Shown here: positions 9,154 through 19,042 of the stretch, in pieces
How positions within the stretch are numbered: position 1 is the stretch's first letter
Layout of the letters: every line of letters starts with the position of its first letter
NCBI GenBank assembly: GCA_963662315.1
Contig: OY759353.1
Location: 3,648,001-3,712,000, forward strand
DNA length: 64,000 nucleotides
Direction of reading: 5' to 3'
Source of the DNA: Geopsychrobacteraceae bacterium
GTDB lineage: Bacteria > Desulfobacterota > Desulfuromonadia > Desulfuromonadales > Geopsychrobacteraceae
Position numbers and translations under genes: made by a program
Notes under the pieces: model-generated
What the model saw: only the letters and a program-made list of their open reading frames with translations
What the model was told of the DNA's origin: nothing
The model's database searches: none

Positions 9154-10668
9154 TTGAAAATAGCTCTCATACATCCCCCTTTGCTGGATGTGTCCGGCAA
9201 GAAAATTTCAACTCAGGTGGAGGTTGAAATTCCTCTGGGAATAGCTTATCTCACCGCGGTATTGGAACAGGATGGTCACGATTGTATTGTGATCGACGCC
9301 ATTCTGGACGGTTACGGGCAGGTTTTTTCCAGCTGTGGTTGTCAGGCGTTTGGTCTTTCCTATGAGCAGATCGCTGATAGAGTACAGGCGGTAGGTGCTG
9401 ACCTGGTCCTTATCTCCTGTATTTTTTTCAATCAGCGGCGCAGTGCTCTGGAAGTGGCAAGACAGGTCAAGGCCCTGTGTGACGATCTCTGCGTCGTCGC
9501 GGGAGGCATTGGCTCATTCATTGAACCTGAATGGATGTTGGCCACAGGGCTGGTTGACTATGTTGTGATTGGGGAGGGGGAAGAGTCCTGTCGCCAGCTT
9601 GTTTCCGCACTTGAACGTAAGGATATGGAAGCCGTCAGGACGGTTGATGGCCTGGCCTTTATGGACCAAGAAACCCTATGGGTCAACCCCAAGACCACTT
9701 ATGTGCAAGCATTGGATTCGTTACCAAGTCCCGCGTTTGAGCATTTTGATCTGGAAAAGTTGTTTGCTGTTGGCATACCGTTCGGGAACAAGAAAAAGCA
9801 GCGCTATTTAAACCTGCTGACCAGTCGGGGCTGCCCCTACAAATGCTCATTTTGTGCCGCACATAATATCTGGGATCGACGGATACGCTATCGCAGTGCC
9901 AAATCAATCCTTGCGGAAATCGCATATGTTAAAGAACAGTTTAATATTGAGGAAATTCACTTTTCTGATGAGAATCTGACCCTTGACCGGGCTCGCGCTG
10001 TCGAAATTCTGACCGGGCTGAAGGCTCTGGATATAAGTTGGACTGCCCCGAATGGGGTGATGATTGCTTCTTTGGATGAAGAGCTGATCGCTTTGATGGC
10101 CGCCAGTGGTTGTCATTCGGTGAGTCTGGCCATTGAGTCAGGTTCGCAGAGGGTTCTTGCTGGGGTTATAGGTAAGCCTCTTAAGCTAAAACAGGTTTTT
10201 CCGGTTGTTGCTTGTTTGAAGAAGTATGGAATCCACTGTCGAGGTTTTTTTATAATCGGGCTACCGGGAGAAACCAGAAAAGAAATTTGGCAGACGCTAT
10301 TGTTGGCCGCCTTTTTGAAATTAGAGCAGAATGAAATAATGATTGCTTTACCGTATCCCGGTACGCATATTTATGACCAATGTCAGCAATTCGGTTTGTT
10401 TTCCGATGGGTTTAATATTGAAGCTTTGAATAATGATGGTGGACCGATTTCAACCAATCAGTTTACACCCGCATATCTGGCACTGGTTAAAGATGTTGAC
10501 CGGGTGCTGTATTATTGGCGCACCAAAAAGAAGAGTCTTCTATCATTATGCCGCTATGTTGTACAAGGCTATCGCGGCAGAACGTTTTCGTTTCTGTTTT
10601 ACCTCGGGCGCTTTATCTGGATGCAAACCCGGGCAAAGAGAGTCGGAGAACAATATTTCTATGATTAA
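9154..10668 (+). CDS. B12-binding radical SAM protein
   Basis: PLGIAYL, GEGE, SRGCPYKCSFC, IESGS, GLPGET. Confidence 0.9.
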   Translation: MKIALIHPPLLDVSGKKISTQVEVEIPLGIAYLTAVLEQDGHDCIVIDAILDGYGQVFSSCGCQAFGLSYEQIADRVQAVGADLVLISCIFFNQRRSALEVARQVKALCDDLCVVAGGIGSFIEPEWMLATGLVDYVVIGEGEESCRQLVSALERKDMEAVRTVDGLAFMDQETLWVNPKTTYVQALDSLPSPAFEHFDLEKLFAVGIPFGNKKKQRYLNLLTSRGCPYKCSFCAAHNIWDRRIRYRSAKSILAEIAYVKEQFNIEEIHFSDENLTLDRARAVEILTGLKALDISWTAPNGVMIASLDEELIALMAASGCHSVSLAIESGSQRVLAGVIGKPLKLKQVFPVVACLKKYGIHCRGFFIIGLPGETRKEIWQTLLLAAFLKLEQNEIMIALPYPGTHIYDQCQQFGLFSDGFNIEALNNDGGPISTNQFTPAYLALVKDVDRVLYYWRTKKKSLLSLCRYVVQGYRGRTFSFLFYLGRFIWMQTRAKRVGEQYFYD

Positions 10669-11797
10669 AGGTCAGTTTTTAATGCATATCCCGACCCAAA
10701 TCCATTTTGGCGTTGGTGCCATGATCCAGACCCTGCCAAAGCTAAATTCCGCACTGATTCTCATTGGTGAAAATCTGGAAAGAAAAAGCGGCTTGGCAGC
10801 CTCCTATCGTGACCAGCTCGATAGTGTCGAGGTGCAGATCTGTTTGCGATCTGCAGGCGAGCCATCGTCCGCACTAGTCGATGAACTGTTTAAGACGATT
10901 AGTGGCAAGCCTGATATTATTTTTGCTATCGGGGGGGGGAGTACTCTCGATACTGCCAAAGCTTTGGCGATATTATGCGCTACCGGCGGGTCTATTGCTG
11001 ACTATGAATTTGGTCATAAATGTATCAGCCGGGCATTACCCGTTGTCGCTGTCCCGACGACCTGTGGCAGTGGTAGTGAAGTGACCCCTTATGCGGTCAT
11101 CAATAATAGTGACACAGGACGCAAGTTCACGCTTTCTCATCCCTGCCTGTTGCCTCAAAAGGCGCTCATTGATCCGGTTTTACTGAAGAATCTTCCCGTT
11201 ACTGTATTTCGATCAGGGGTTCTGGATGCACTTATTCATAGTCTGGAAGCCAGATTAAGTTGTGTTCAGAATGTCTTGATCCATCCGTTTGCTGAAGCTT
11301 CCATTGCAACGATTCTCAAGCATTTTCCTGTTCAGGGCAAGTTTTCATCAGAGCAGGAATTACATGATTATGCATTAGCCTCTTTGTACGGCGGATTAAG
11401 CATCGCGCATGCACGAACGGGGTTGATCCATACTCTTTCCGTCGCTTTTGCCCGTTATGTTCCATTAAGCCACGGCCTTTTAAATGCACTTATCGCTCCT
11501 TATGCTTTCAATTTTAATCGCGGTCATTACGCAGGTACTTGCGCCTTTTTGCTGACAAGAATATGGCCTGACAGAGTCTGGTCTGATGACACGGCCTGTG
11601 ATTTTCTCATCCATTGGTTTAAGGAGCGGACTGCTGAGCTGTCTTTGGCAGATTTTGATGTGTCTGAAATATCTATTGATGCTCTTGCTGATCGTGTTGA
11701 ACAGGATAAGGGCCTCCCGCTTGTTAACTGGCGACCATATACGCGGGCAGACTTGGAATCATTGATTGGAGAAATAATAACTGATGCGATTAGATGA
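10661..11797 (+). CDS. Iron-containing alcohol dehydrogenase (phosphonoacetaldehyde/sulfoacetaldehyde reductase-like)
   Basis: IGGGSTLDTAK, PTTCGSGSEVT, DALIHSLE, metal-binding His residues; start placed at the ATG overlapping the upstream stop. Confidence 0.85.
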   Translation: MIKGQFLMHIPTQIHFGVGAMIQTLPKLNSALILIGENLERKSGLAASYRDQLDSVEVQICLRSAGEPSSALVDELFKTISGKPDIIFAIGGGSTLDTAKALAILCATGGSIADYEFGHKCISRALPVVAVPTTCGSGSEVTPYAVINNSDTGRKFTLSHPCLLPQKALIDPVLLKNLPVTVFRSGVLDALIHSLEARLSCVQNVLIHPFAEASIATILKHFPVQGKFSSEQELHDYALASLYGGLSIAHARTGLIHTLSVAFARYVPLSHGLLNALIAPYAFNFNRGHYAGTCAFLLTRIWPDRVWSDDTACDFLIHWFKERTAELSLADFDVSEISIDALADRVEQDKGLPLVNWRPYTRADLESLIGEIITDAIR

Positions 11798-12296
11798 AAA
11801 AGGGCGGGCACTGTTTCCCCAGGTTGAGGACAGTGAACATTTTACCGCGTGTCTTGAACGGCAGTGTGACTGGTTTTCTGCTATTCCTGATAGTGTGATC
11901 CGCAAGGTTATTCCATGCCTGAAAAAATACCATTTTGCCGCGCGGGAGAATCATGCCGTGGCACAGGCTTTTGGTGCCAGCATGGCCGGGGCGAAACCCT
12001 GCGTGCTGATGCAGAACAGTGGCCTGGGGTTATCGCTTGATGCGTTGCTGGGGTTATTCGGCTTATATCAACGTGGGCTGCTTCTGGTGGTATCCAACCG
12101 CGGAGAATTGCCCTGGGAAGAGGTGCAGCATCAGGATTGGGGGAAACTTACGCTACCAATATTGCAAGGCTTGGGGTGGACTATTGTTGATTACCAGGAG
12201 GAAGGGCTTCAAGGGCTTGAGCGCGCGGCAAAGCTGGCTTTTTCTGAGCAGAAAATTGTTGTTGTGATGTTACATCGGGGAAATTTGGATGAATAG
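11784..12296 (+). CDS. ThDP-dependent decarboxylase alpha subunit (phosphonopyruvate/sulfopyruvate decarboxylase-like)
   Basis: IPDS, RENHAV, MQNSGLG, RG...EVQH. Confidence 0.8.
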   Translation: MRLDEKGRALFPQVEDSEHFTACLERQCDWFSAIPDSVIRKVIPCLKKYHFAARENHAVAQAFGASMAGAKPCVLMQNSGLGLSLDALLGLFGLYQRGLLLVVSNRGELPWEEVQHQDWGKLTLPILQGLGWTIVDYQEEGLQGLERAAKLAFSEQKIVVVMLHRGNLDE

Positions 12297-12738
12297 AGTA
12301 GATGCCATTCAGCACATTTATCAGCAACACCCTGAGGCATTTTTTATCCTCAGTAATGGACTTACTTCCCGCGAAGCTGCCCATTTTCTGCCTCAACCTC
12401 AGAGTTTTTATTTACTTCATGCCATGGGCGAAGCCTTTAGCGTCGGAATTGGATTGGCCAATGCCGACCCTCAGCGCCAGGTCGTTGTTATTGATGGTGA
12501 TGGCAACGCCTTAATGGGAATGGCGGGGTGGAGCGCTCCACGACCGGAAAATCTGACTTATTATGTCCTTGTAAATGGTGTTTACCAAACCACGGGGGAA
12601 CAGCAATTACCCACTTTTTCTCAATGGCCAAAATGGTGCCGTCTTATGCCCGTTGAAGGAAATAAGCGAGATACTCCGAATCCTCCTGATCCGTTGCAGA
12701 TATGGGATCAGACTCAGCAGTGGCTGAAATCACATTGA
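12289..12738 (+). CDS. ThDP-dependent decarboxylase beta subunit (ComE / Ppd C-terminal-like)
   Basis: MG...GIGLA, IDGDGNALM...NGVYQTTG ThDP/Mg motif. Confidence 0.8.
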   Translation: MNRVDAIQHIYQQHPEAFFILSNGLTSREAAHFLPQPQSFYLLHAMGEAFSVGIGLANADPQRQVVVIDGDGNALMGMAGWSAPRPENLTYYVLVNGVYQTTGEQQLPTFSQWPKWCRLMPVEGNKRDTPNPPDPLQIWDQTQQWLKSH

Positions 12739-12761
12739 ATTATAATGAAGGAGACAATTAA

Positions 12762-13823
12762 ATGGCCCTACGCACAACATTTCATACCAGACTAGGCGAT
12801 GTCGAAATTGGTGAAGGCCTGCCACCTCATTTGATTGCGGAAATCGGCCTGAACCACAACGGCAGTGCTGAGCTTGCCCGGGAGATGATCTATCAGGCGG
12901 CGATCAGCGGTGCCAGTATGGTTAAATTTCAAAAACGTTCACCGAAAGATCTGGCGGTCGCCAGTTTTCTTGATGCGCCTTTTGAGAAGTGTCCTGCCTT
13001 AGGTAAAAGTCAGCGTATTGTCCGTAACCGACTGGAGTTATCTCTGGAAGAATATGTTTCATTACGCGAATACGCAGAAAGCCTGGGGCTGATTTTCTTT
13101 GCATCGGCTTTTGATCTGCCGAGTTTTGAATTTTTACAACAGGCCGGCGTGGAGATCATCAAGTTGGCCAGTCATAGTATTACCAATGGTCCTTTGTTAC
13201 AGGCCGTTGCCGATTCCGGTATGGCTGTTATCAGCAGTTTCGGAGGGGCCACTGAGCAAGAGCGGGATCGGGCGTTTGATATTCTTAAGGGAAATCCTCT
13301 GGTTATTCTGCACTGTGTCAGCAGCTATCCGACCCAGGACCATCTGGTCAAACTGGATACGATTCCATATCTGCAGCAGCGCTATCGGGTTCCGGTGGGT
13401 TTCAGCAGCCATGAAGAAGGGATTGATATCTCGGTTGCGGCGACGCTTCTTGGTGCCTGTATGATTGAGCGCCACTTTACGATTGACCGGGCTATGATTG
13501 GCCTTGACCAGCCAATAAGTTTACAGCCGCGAGAATTTTCCGATATGGCGCAGAGAATCAGGCGTCTGCAAAAGGTCCGGGGGGTGACGACAGGCTTGAT
13601 GGCTGAAGAGAAGGGAACCAAGCAGGCTTATCATGTCGCTGTTTGCAGTCGTGGCGCAATCAGTGCGGGAACGGTCATTTCTCCAGATATGTTGTGCTGT
13701 AAACAGCCTCTTGGAGATCCGGATAAGTTTTTTACCGGCTTTGAACTGGATCAGGTGGTTGGTAAGAGTCTGACCGAAGATCTGCCAGCTGATACCCCGG
13801 TACCAAAGGCTCTGCTTAGGTAA
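12762..13823 (+). CDS. NeuB-family nonulosonic acid synthase with a C-terminal SAF domain
   Basis: IAEIGLNHNG, VKFQKR, LHCVSSYP, GFSSHE, IERHFT. Confidence 0.9.
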   Translation: MALRTTFHTRLGDVEIGEGLPPHLIAEIGLNHNGSAELAREMIYQAAISGASMVKFQKRSPKDLAVASFLDAPFEKCPALGKSQRIVRNRLELSLEEYVSLREYAESLGLIFFASAFDLPSFEFLQQAGVEIIKLASHSITNGPLLQAVADSGMAVISSFGGATEQERDRAFDILKGNPLVILHCVSSYPTQDHLVKLDTIPYLQQRYRVPVGFSSHEEGIDISVAATLLGACMIERHFTIDRAMIGLDQPISLQPREFSDMAQRIRRLQKVRGVTTGLMAEEKGTKQAYHVAVCSRGAISAGTVISPDMLCCKQPLGDPDKFFTGFELDQVVGKSLTEDLPADTPVPKALLR

Positions 13824-15046
13824 TGGCGAAGCGAACAATACTTTTTATTGGTGGGGGAATAGAAACCGTTCCGGTTGTTCGCCTGGCAAGAACTATGGGG
13901 TTGCATACGGTTGTCAGCGATATGAACCCCACGGCACCTGCTTGTGCGGTGGCGCATGATTCGCTGGTTGCAAGCACTTATGATATCGAGCAAACGCTTC
14001 GGCAAGCACGTCAATATCATGAACAAAGACCTTTAGACGGGGTCATTTGTGTAGCAACAGATGTGCCTATGACCGTAGCTGCCGTAGCGGCGGAACTTGG
14101 TTTGCCGGGTATTCCGTTAGCGGCTGCAGCATTGGCCATGGACAAATTGGCGATGAAGCAAAAATTTGCCGCTGACGATATCGCTATCCCCTGGTTCATG
14201 CCTGTTGCTAATAGTGATCAGTTAAAAGACATAACCTCAGACAAACAACGCTCGTTTGTATTGAAGCCGGTTGACAGTCGTGGTGCTCGCGGTGTTTTAC
14301 GTCTTGATGCGGTTACTGATCTTGATTGGGCTTACCGGCATGCGGCAGAAAATTCTCCTAGCGGGCGGGTCATGATTGAAGAATTTCTGAGTGGGCCGCA
14401 ATTAAGCACGGAATCCCTGGTCGTTGATGGTGTCTGCTGCACTCCTGGGATCTCCGATCGCAATTATGAATATCTCGATCGCTACGCACCCCACATCATT
14501 GAAAATGGCGGTGATTTGCCGAGTTGCCTTGCTGCCGAGACCATCAGCAAGGTGAAAAGATTGGTGGAGCAAGCCGCAGCAAGTATGGGGATTACACGCG
14601 GGGTTGTTAAGGGGGATATTGTTATTCATAATAACCAGCCTAAAGTGATCGAACTGGCAGCACGACTTTCCGGTGGTTATTTCTGTAGCCATGAAATTCC
14701 ACTCAATACAGGCGTTGACCTGGTTGGTTGCGCCATCAGGCAGTGTCTTGGTGAAACGATCGCCAGAGAAGAACTACTTCCCAGGTTTCAGCATCATGTC
14801 TGCCAGCGCTATCTATTTCCCGCTCCCGGGCGGGTTGTTGCTGTCAATGGTATTGAGCAGGCGGCACAGATGCCGGGGGTTGAGTTGTGTGAGGTTCGGG
14901 TGCAGGCAGGAGATGTGATCAGATCTGTAGACAGTCACCCTGCTCGTGCAGGGGTCATCATCTGTACCGGAAATTCGCGGAAGGATGCCTTGGAACGGAC
15001 TCTCGCTGCGGTGGCCGCAATATCCATAGAAACGCAGGTGAGGTAA
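13823..15046 (+). CDS. ATP-grasp ligase
   Basis: DKLAMK, LKPVDSRGARGV, IEEFL, IELAARLSGG. Confidence 0.88.
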   Translation: MAKRTILFIGGGIETVPVVRLARTMGLHTVVSDMNPTAPACAVAHDSLVASTYDIEQTLRQARQYHEQRPLDGVICVATDVPMTVAAVAAELGLPGIPLAAAALAMDKLAMKQKFAADDIAIPWFMPVANSDQLKDITSDKQRSFVLKPVDSRGARGVLRLDAVTDLDWAYRHAAENSPSGRVMIEEFLSGPQLSTESLVVDGVCCTPGISDRNYEYLDRYAPHIIENGGDLPSCLAAETISKVKRLVEQAAASMGITRGVVKGDIVIHNNQPKVIELAARLSGGYFCSHEIPLNTGVDLVGCAIRQCLGETIAREELLPRFQHHVCQRYLFPAPGRVVAVNGIEQAAQMPGVELCEVRVQAGDVIRSVDSHPARAGVIICTGNSRKDALERTLAAVAAISIETQVR

Positions 15047-15050
15047 TTTT

Positions 15051-17018
15051 ATGGCTCTTCACCTCTATACCCTTTTTCACCTTAACCTGAGCTTTTCTTC
15101 TATTGAAGTTGAGCAACGTGCAGAGGTCATTGACCGTTGTTACTGGCCTCTGCTCAGGTTGGTACAGGGAACGGGGGTGAGCGTGGGGATTGAGGTGAGT
15201 GGCTATACCCTGGAAGAAATCGCCCGGATTGACCCTTCCTGGATTGATGAACTGCGGTCATTATCTCAGAGTGGTCTTATTGAACTGGTTGGCAGCGGTT
15301 ATGTACAGATGATCGGTCCTCTGGTTCCTGCGCCGGTCAACCACTGGAATCAGCAGCTGGGACTAGAGGTTTACCAGCGAGTTCTTGGCATTCGACCCGC
15401 TCTGGTTCTGGTCAATGAACAGGCTTATTCCGCGAGCATGGTCGAACATTATCTTGCTGCCGGATATCAGGGCATGATCATGGAGTGGGAAAATCCGTCC
15501 CTGAACCGTTCGGACTGGAACTCTGTCTGGCGGTATTTCCCGCAACAGGCCAAAGGTCTTCATGGCGAGTCGATTCCGCTACTGTGGAATATGTCCATGC
15601 CCTTTCAACAATTTCAGCGTTATGTTCATGGTGAAATTGCGTTGGATGCCTATCTCACCTATTTGAATCGCCACCAGGGTGAGGGGGAAAGACTTTTCCC
15701 TCTCTATGGGAATGATGCCGAAATTTTCGATTACCGACCCGGGCGTTATCGATCTGAAACTGCCCGCCATGATGGCGAGTGGCAACGCATGGCTTTGCTG
15801 TTTGCTGTTTTGCAGAAAGATGAAAGGTTTCGGTTTGTTGCTCCTTCGCAGGCCCTGTCTCTTTGTGACCAGCCAGAGGCCGGAAACCTCTTGGAACTTC
15901 AGACGTCAAGGCAGCCGATTCCAGTTAAAAAGCAGGGTAAGTATAATATTAACCGCTGGGCGGTGACCGGTCGTGATGACCTGTATATCAACAGCTGTTG
16001 CCATAAAATTGCTCTTCATCTTAACCGCAGCAAGGCCAATTCAGATCAATGGCGTGAGCTTTGTTATTTATGGAGTAGCGATTTTCGCACCCATATCACT
16101 GAGAAGCGTTGGTCAGAATATCTGCACCGGTTATGGTGCATGCTGGCGGAATGTCCTGAATATAATGAGCCTGAACGCTCTCGCCAGGCGGATGATGCAG
16201 GTTTTGATAAGTATAAAATTATCTGGCGTAACAGGTTGTTGACGATTGATACGGAATCTGTTCGTTTGGTTCTCAATGCAGACAGAGGCCTAGCTGTTGA
16301 GAGCTTTTCTTTACTGGCAGATCCTGATCTGTCGCTTTTGGGGACGCTACGCCATGGGTATTTTGACCAGATTGATCTGGGGGCAGATTTTTATTCTGGT
16401 CATCTGGTTGCCGAAATACCCGGGGATCACAAGCTGACCGATTTATTGCCGGTTGACCCGACTTTTGAGTGTCAGGGAGGTTCCCTGATTATCAGTGCCG
16501 CTATTGAGACATCCCTAGGCGTTTTGAAAAAGAGTATTTTACTGCCGTTGCGGGGGGAGGGTTTTTCTCTTCGTTATGGTTTTGATTGGCAGGAATTGCC
16601 ATTAGCGGCTCTGCGCCTGGGACACATAACATTAAACCCGGAAGCCTTCAATGCAGCGGGCTTGTATTACGCCACCCATAATGGCGGCCAGGACAAAGAA
16701 ACCTTTCTCATTGATAAGACCCCTGTTAACCATCTTAGCCAAAGTGGCTTTTTGGTATCGTCCTCCCATGGGGTTGGCATAACCGGAGGGGAAATTGAAA
16801 TCGGCGATGACCGGCGGCACCTCAGCATTACCTTTGATCCGGGCAGCTCTGCTTTGACCGGACACATTCAGTATCAGAATGTTGGTGAAAGATATTTTTA
16901 TCGGCTCACTCTTTCCGCGCGTGAAATTGATGATACCTGCAGTGCCTGTCGCAAAGTATCCTCGTCCGTTCCGCAACAAATACATCTCATGATAAAAGTC
17001 CTCTCCACTGTCGCATAG
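15051..17018 (+). CDS. GH57-like / deacetylase-barrel protein
   Basis: LFHLN...CYWPLL, IELVGSGY, NEQAYS, YGNDAEIFD resemble the GH57 N-terminal barrel. Confidence 0.6.
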   Translation: MALHLYTLFHLNLSFSSIEVEQRAEVIDRCYWPLLRLVQGTGVSVGIEVSGYTLEEIARIDPSWIDELRSLSQSGLIELVGSGYVQMIGPLVPAPVNHWNQQLGLEVYQRVLGIRPALVLVNEQAYSASMVEHYLAAGYQGMIMEWENPSLNRSDWNSVWRYFPQQAKGLHGESIPLLWNMSMPFQQFQRYVHGEIALDAYLTYLNRHQGEGERLFPLYGNDAEIFDYRPGRYRSETARHDGEWQRMALLFAVLQKDERFRFVAPSQALSLCDQPEAGNLLELQTSRQPIPVKKQGKYNINRWAVTGRDDLYINSCCHKIALHLNRSKANSDQWRELCYLWSSDFRTHITEKRWSEYLHRLWCMLAECPEYNEPERSRQADDAGFDKYKIIWRNRLLTIDTESVRLVLNADRGLAVESFSLLADPDLSLLGTLRHGYFDQIDLGADFYSGHLVAEIPGDHKLTDLLPVDPTFECQGGSLIISAAIETSLGVLKKSILLPLRGEGFSLRYGFDWQELPLAALRLGHITLNPEAFNAAGLYYATHNGGQDKETFLIDKTPVNHLSQSGFLVSSSHGVGITGGEIEIGDDRRHLSITFDPGSSALTGHIQYQNVGERYFYRLTLSAREIDDTCSACRKVSSSVPQQIHLMIKVLSTVA

Positions 17019-17258
17019 AGTACATGGTCCTTATTTCCTTTAAGCATGCGTTTAATCCCCTCCTTATTTTACGATTCCTTCTCTTATTTCTTCTATAAAA
17101 TCAAGTACCTGTCTCGTTGAACTCTAGGCTTGAACGGATCGCAAGGAGGTGGGTACGGATAGCCAATGAGTGTTGCAGAAAGTTCCGGGATGGTTGTAGT
17201 TATGGGTTAACTTGCTGGAAAAATGTCATTATTTAGCTATCTCCCCTTAAAAAAATAC

Positions 17259-17285
17259 TAAACATTCTAATTTTGGCACCGATAT
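17259..17285 (+). promoter_or_regulatory. Sigma-28 (FliA) promoter of flagellin 1
   Basis: TAAA-N15-ACCGATAT against consensus TAAA-N15-GCCGATAA. Confidence 0.65.
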
Positions 17286-17404
17286 GTTCCTTAACAGTAA
17301 CATGGACGTGACTGATTAATAATGAATGACCAGGAAAAGTAACAGCCGGCAATTTTGTTCACAAAGGGAAGGGATGCCCGTAACCTACTAAAAGGATTTT
17401 AATT

Positions 17405-18934
17405 ATGGCTCTGACAATCAACACGAATATCGCATCCCTGAATGCACAAAGAAACCTTAACGCATCGCAGAAAAACCTGAATGAATCGATGCAGCGCCTG
17501 TCCTCAGGCCTGCGGATCAACAGTGCAAAGGACGATGCTGCCGGGCTGGCAATTTCTGACCGTATGACATCTCAGGTACGTGGATTAAACCAGGCGGTAC
17601 GGAATGCCAACGATGGTATTTCCCTGGCCCAGGTAGCAGAAGGAGCTTTGCAGGAAGGTACCAATATTCTGCAGCGTATGCGGGAACTGGCCGTACAGTC
17701 TGCCAATGACACCAATACTTCCAACGACCGCGCCTCTCTACAGGCAGAAGTTGAGCAATTGCAGGCAGAGCTTGACCGGATTGCAAAATCCTCGACCTTC
17801 AACGGTCAGACGCTGCTTGATGGTAGTATGATTGGGGCCAAATTTCAGGTCGGTTCAGAGGCTGGTGAAACAATCAGTATTTCGATCGGATCTGCAGAGA
17901 TAGATCAATTGGGTATCAGCCGGATTGAGCTGGATAATAGCGATCTGAACTCAACTATCGCTGCTGCGACCTCAGCTCCAACGGCAAACGCCAATACGGG
18001 TGAGAATTTTACCCTTAAGGGAAATTTCGCCAACAACGAATTCAGTAAAGAAATCACTGTGTCCACAGGTGGCACGGCTGCAGATATTGAAGCTGCCGTC
18101 AATAATGTGATCGATAGTACCGGAGTATCCGCTGATGCGCGCACCGATGTAAAAATCAGCAATCTCGAAGCAGATGGTACCGTGTCTTTCAAACTGACGG
18201 GCAGAACTGATGATGATGCTACGACAGAGGATTCCCGTTTTGTCCAGGCGATGGTGAATACAGGCGATCTTACCAATCTGGTTGATGCCATCAATGAGCA
18301 GAGTTCATCTACTGGCATTACGGCAGAGCTTTCCAATGACAAAAAATCAATTACCCTGACCTCTGAGGCTGGTGATGATATTGTTATTGCTGATTACACC
18401 AACGATGCCGTCACCGCGGCCGGGAACAAGGAAATTTCGGTTGTTTCTTTGAATTCACAAGGAACATCTGCCTCCGCAGCTGTGACCTTACAGGATGGCG
18501 GCAATGATTCGACCAGGGCAGGTGGTTATATCACGCTGGACCGTAATGAGGTGTTCTCGATTGATGCCATTTCCGACAATGTCGCTGAAGCGGCCGGAGC
18601 TACCGCTTCTACAATTGAAAATGTCAGTGATATTGATATCAGTACTCAGGAAGGTGCCAGCGATGCGCTGTCTGTTATTGATGGTGCAATTGCTAAAATT
18701 GACAGTATCCGAGGTGATCTGGGTGCTGTTCAGAATCGCTTTGAAAGCACTATTGCCAACTTGTCGAATATTTCAGAGAACATCTCCGCGGCACGTTCAC
18801 GGATTCTGGATGCTGACATTGCTCAGGAGACTTCAGCCATGACCAAGCAGAACATTCTGCAACAGGCTGGTGTTTCAATTCTGGCCCAGGCTAATCAGTC
18901 TCCCCAATTGGCTCTATCTCTGTTGCAAGGATAG
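17405..18934 (+). CDS. fliC: Flagellin, copy 1
   Basis: [14 protein letters not shown]...[18 protein letters not shown]-terminal SRILDADIA...QAN. Confidence 0.97.
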   Translation: MALTINTNIASLNAQRNLNASQKNLNESMQRLSSGLRINSAKDDAAGLAISDRMTSQVRGLNQAVRNANDGISLAQVAEGALQEGTNILQRMRELAVQSANDTNTSNDRASLQAEVEQLQAELDRIAKSSTFNGQTLLDGSMIGAKFQVGSEAGETISISIGSAEIDQLGISRIELDNSDLNSTIAAATSAPTANANTGENFTLKGNFANNEFSKEITVSTGGTAADIEAAVNNVIDSTGVSADARTDVKISNLEADGTVSFKLTGRTDDDATTEDSRFVQAMVNTGDLTNLVDAINEQSSSTGITAELSNDKKSITLTSEAGDDIVIADYTNDAVTAAGNKEISVVSLNSQGTSASAAVTLQDGGNDSTRAGGYITLDRNEVFSIDAISDNVAEAAGATASTIENVSDIDISTQEGASDALSVIDGAIAKIDSIRGDLGAVQNRFESTIANLSNISENISAARSRILDADIAQETSAMTKQNILQQAGVSILAQANQSPQLALSLLQG

Positions 18935-19042
18935 AGCTGAGAAAAAAATAGGCTATACTGGAAAGGGTGATGTCAGCATTGCCCTTTCCGTTTTTCCGGG
19001 ATGATTTTGTTGACAATAATCTAACGATGATAAGGCGAAGGA

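Noticed and set aside
10433..10660. N-terminal extension of the Fe-ADH in the ORF track
   Set aside because: Overlaps the upstream rSAM gene; the ATG at 10661 gives a normal length and translational coupling
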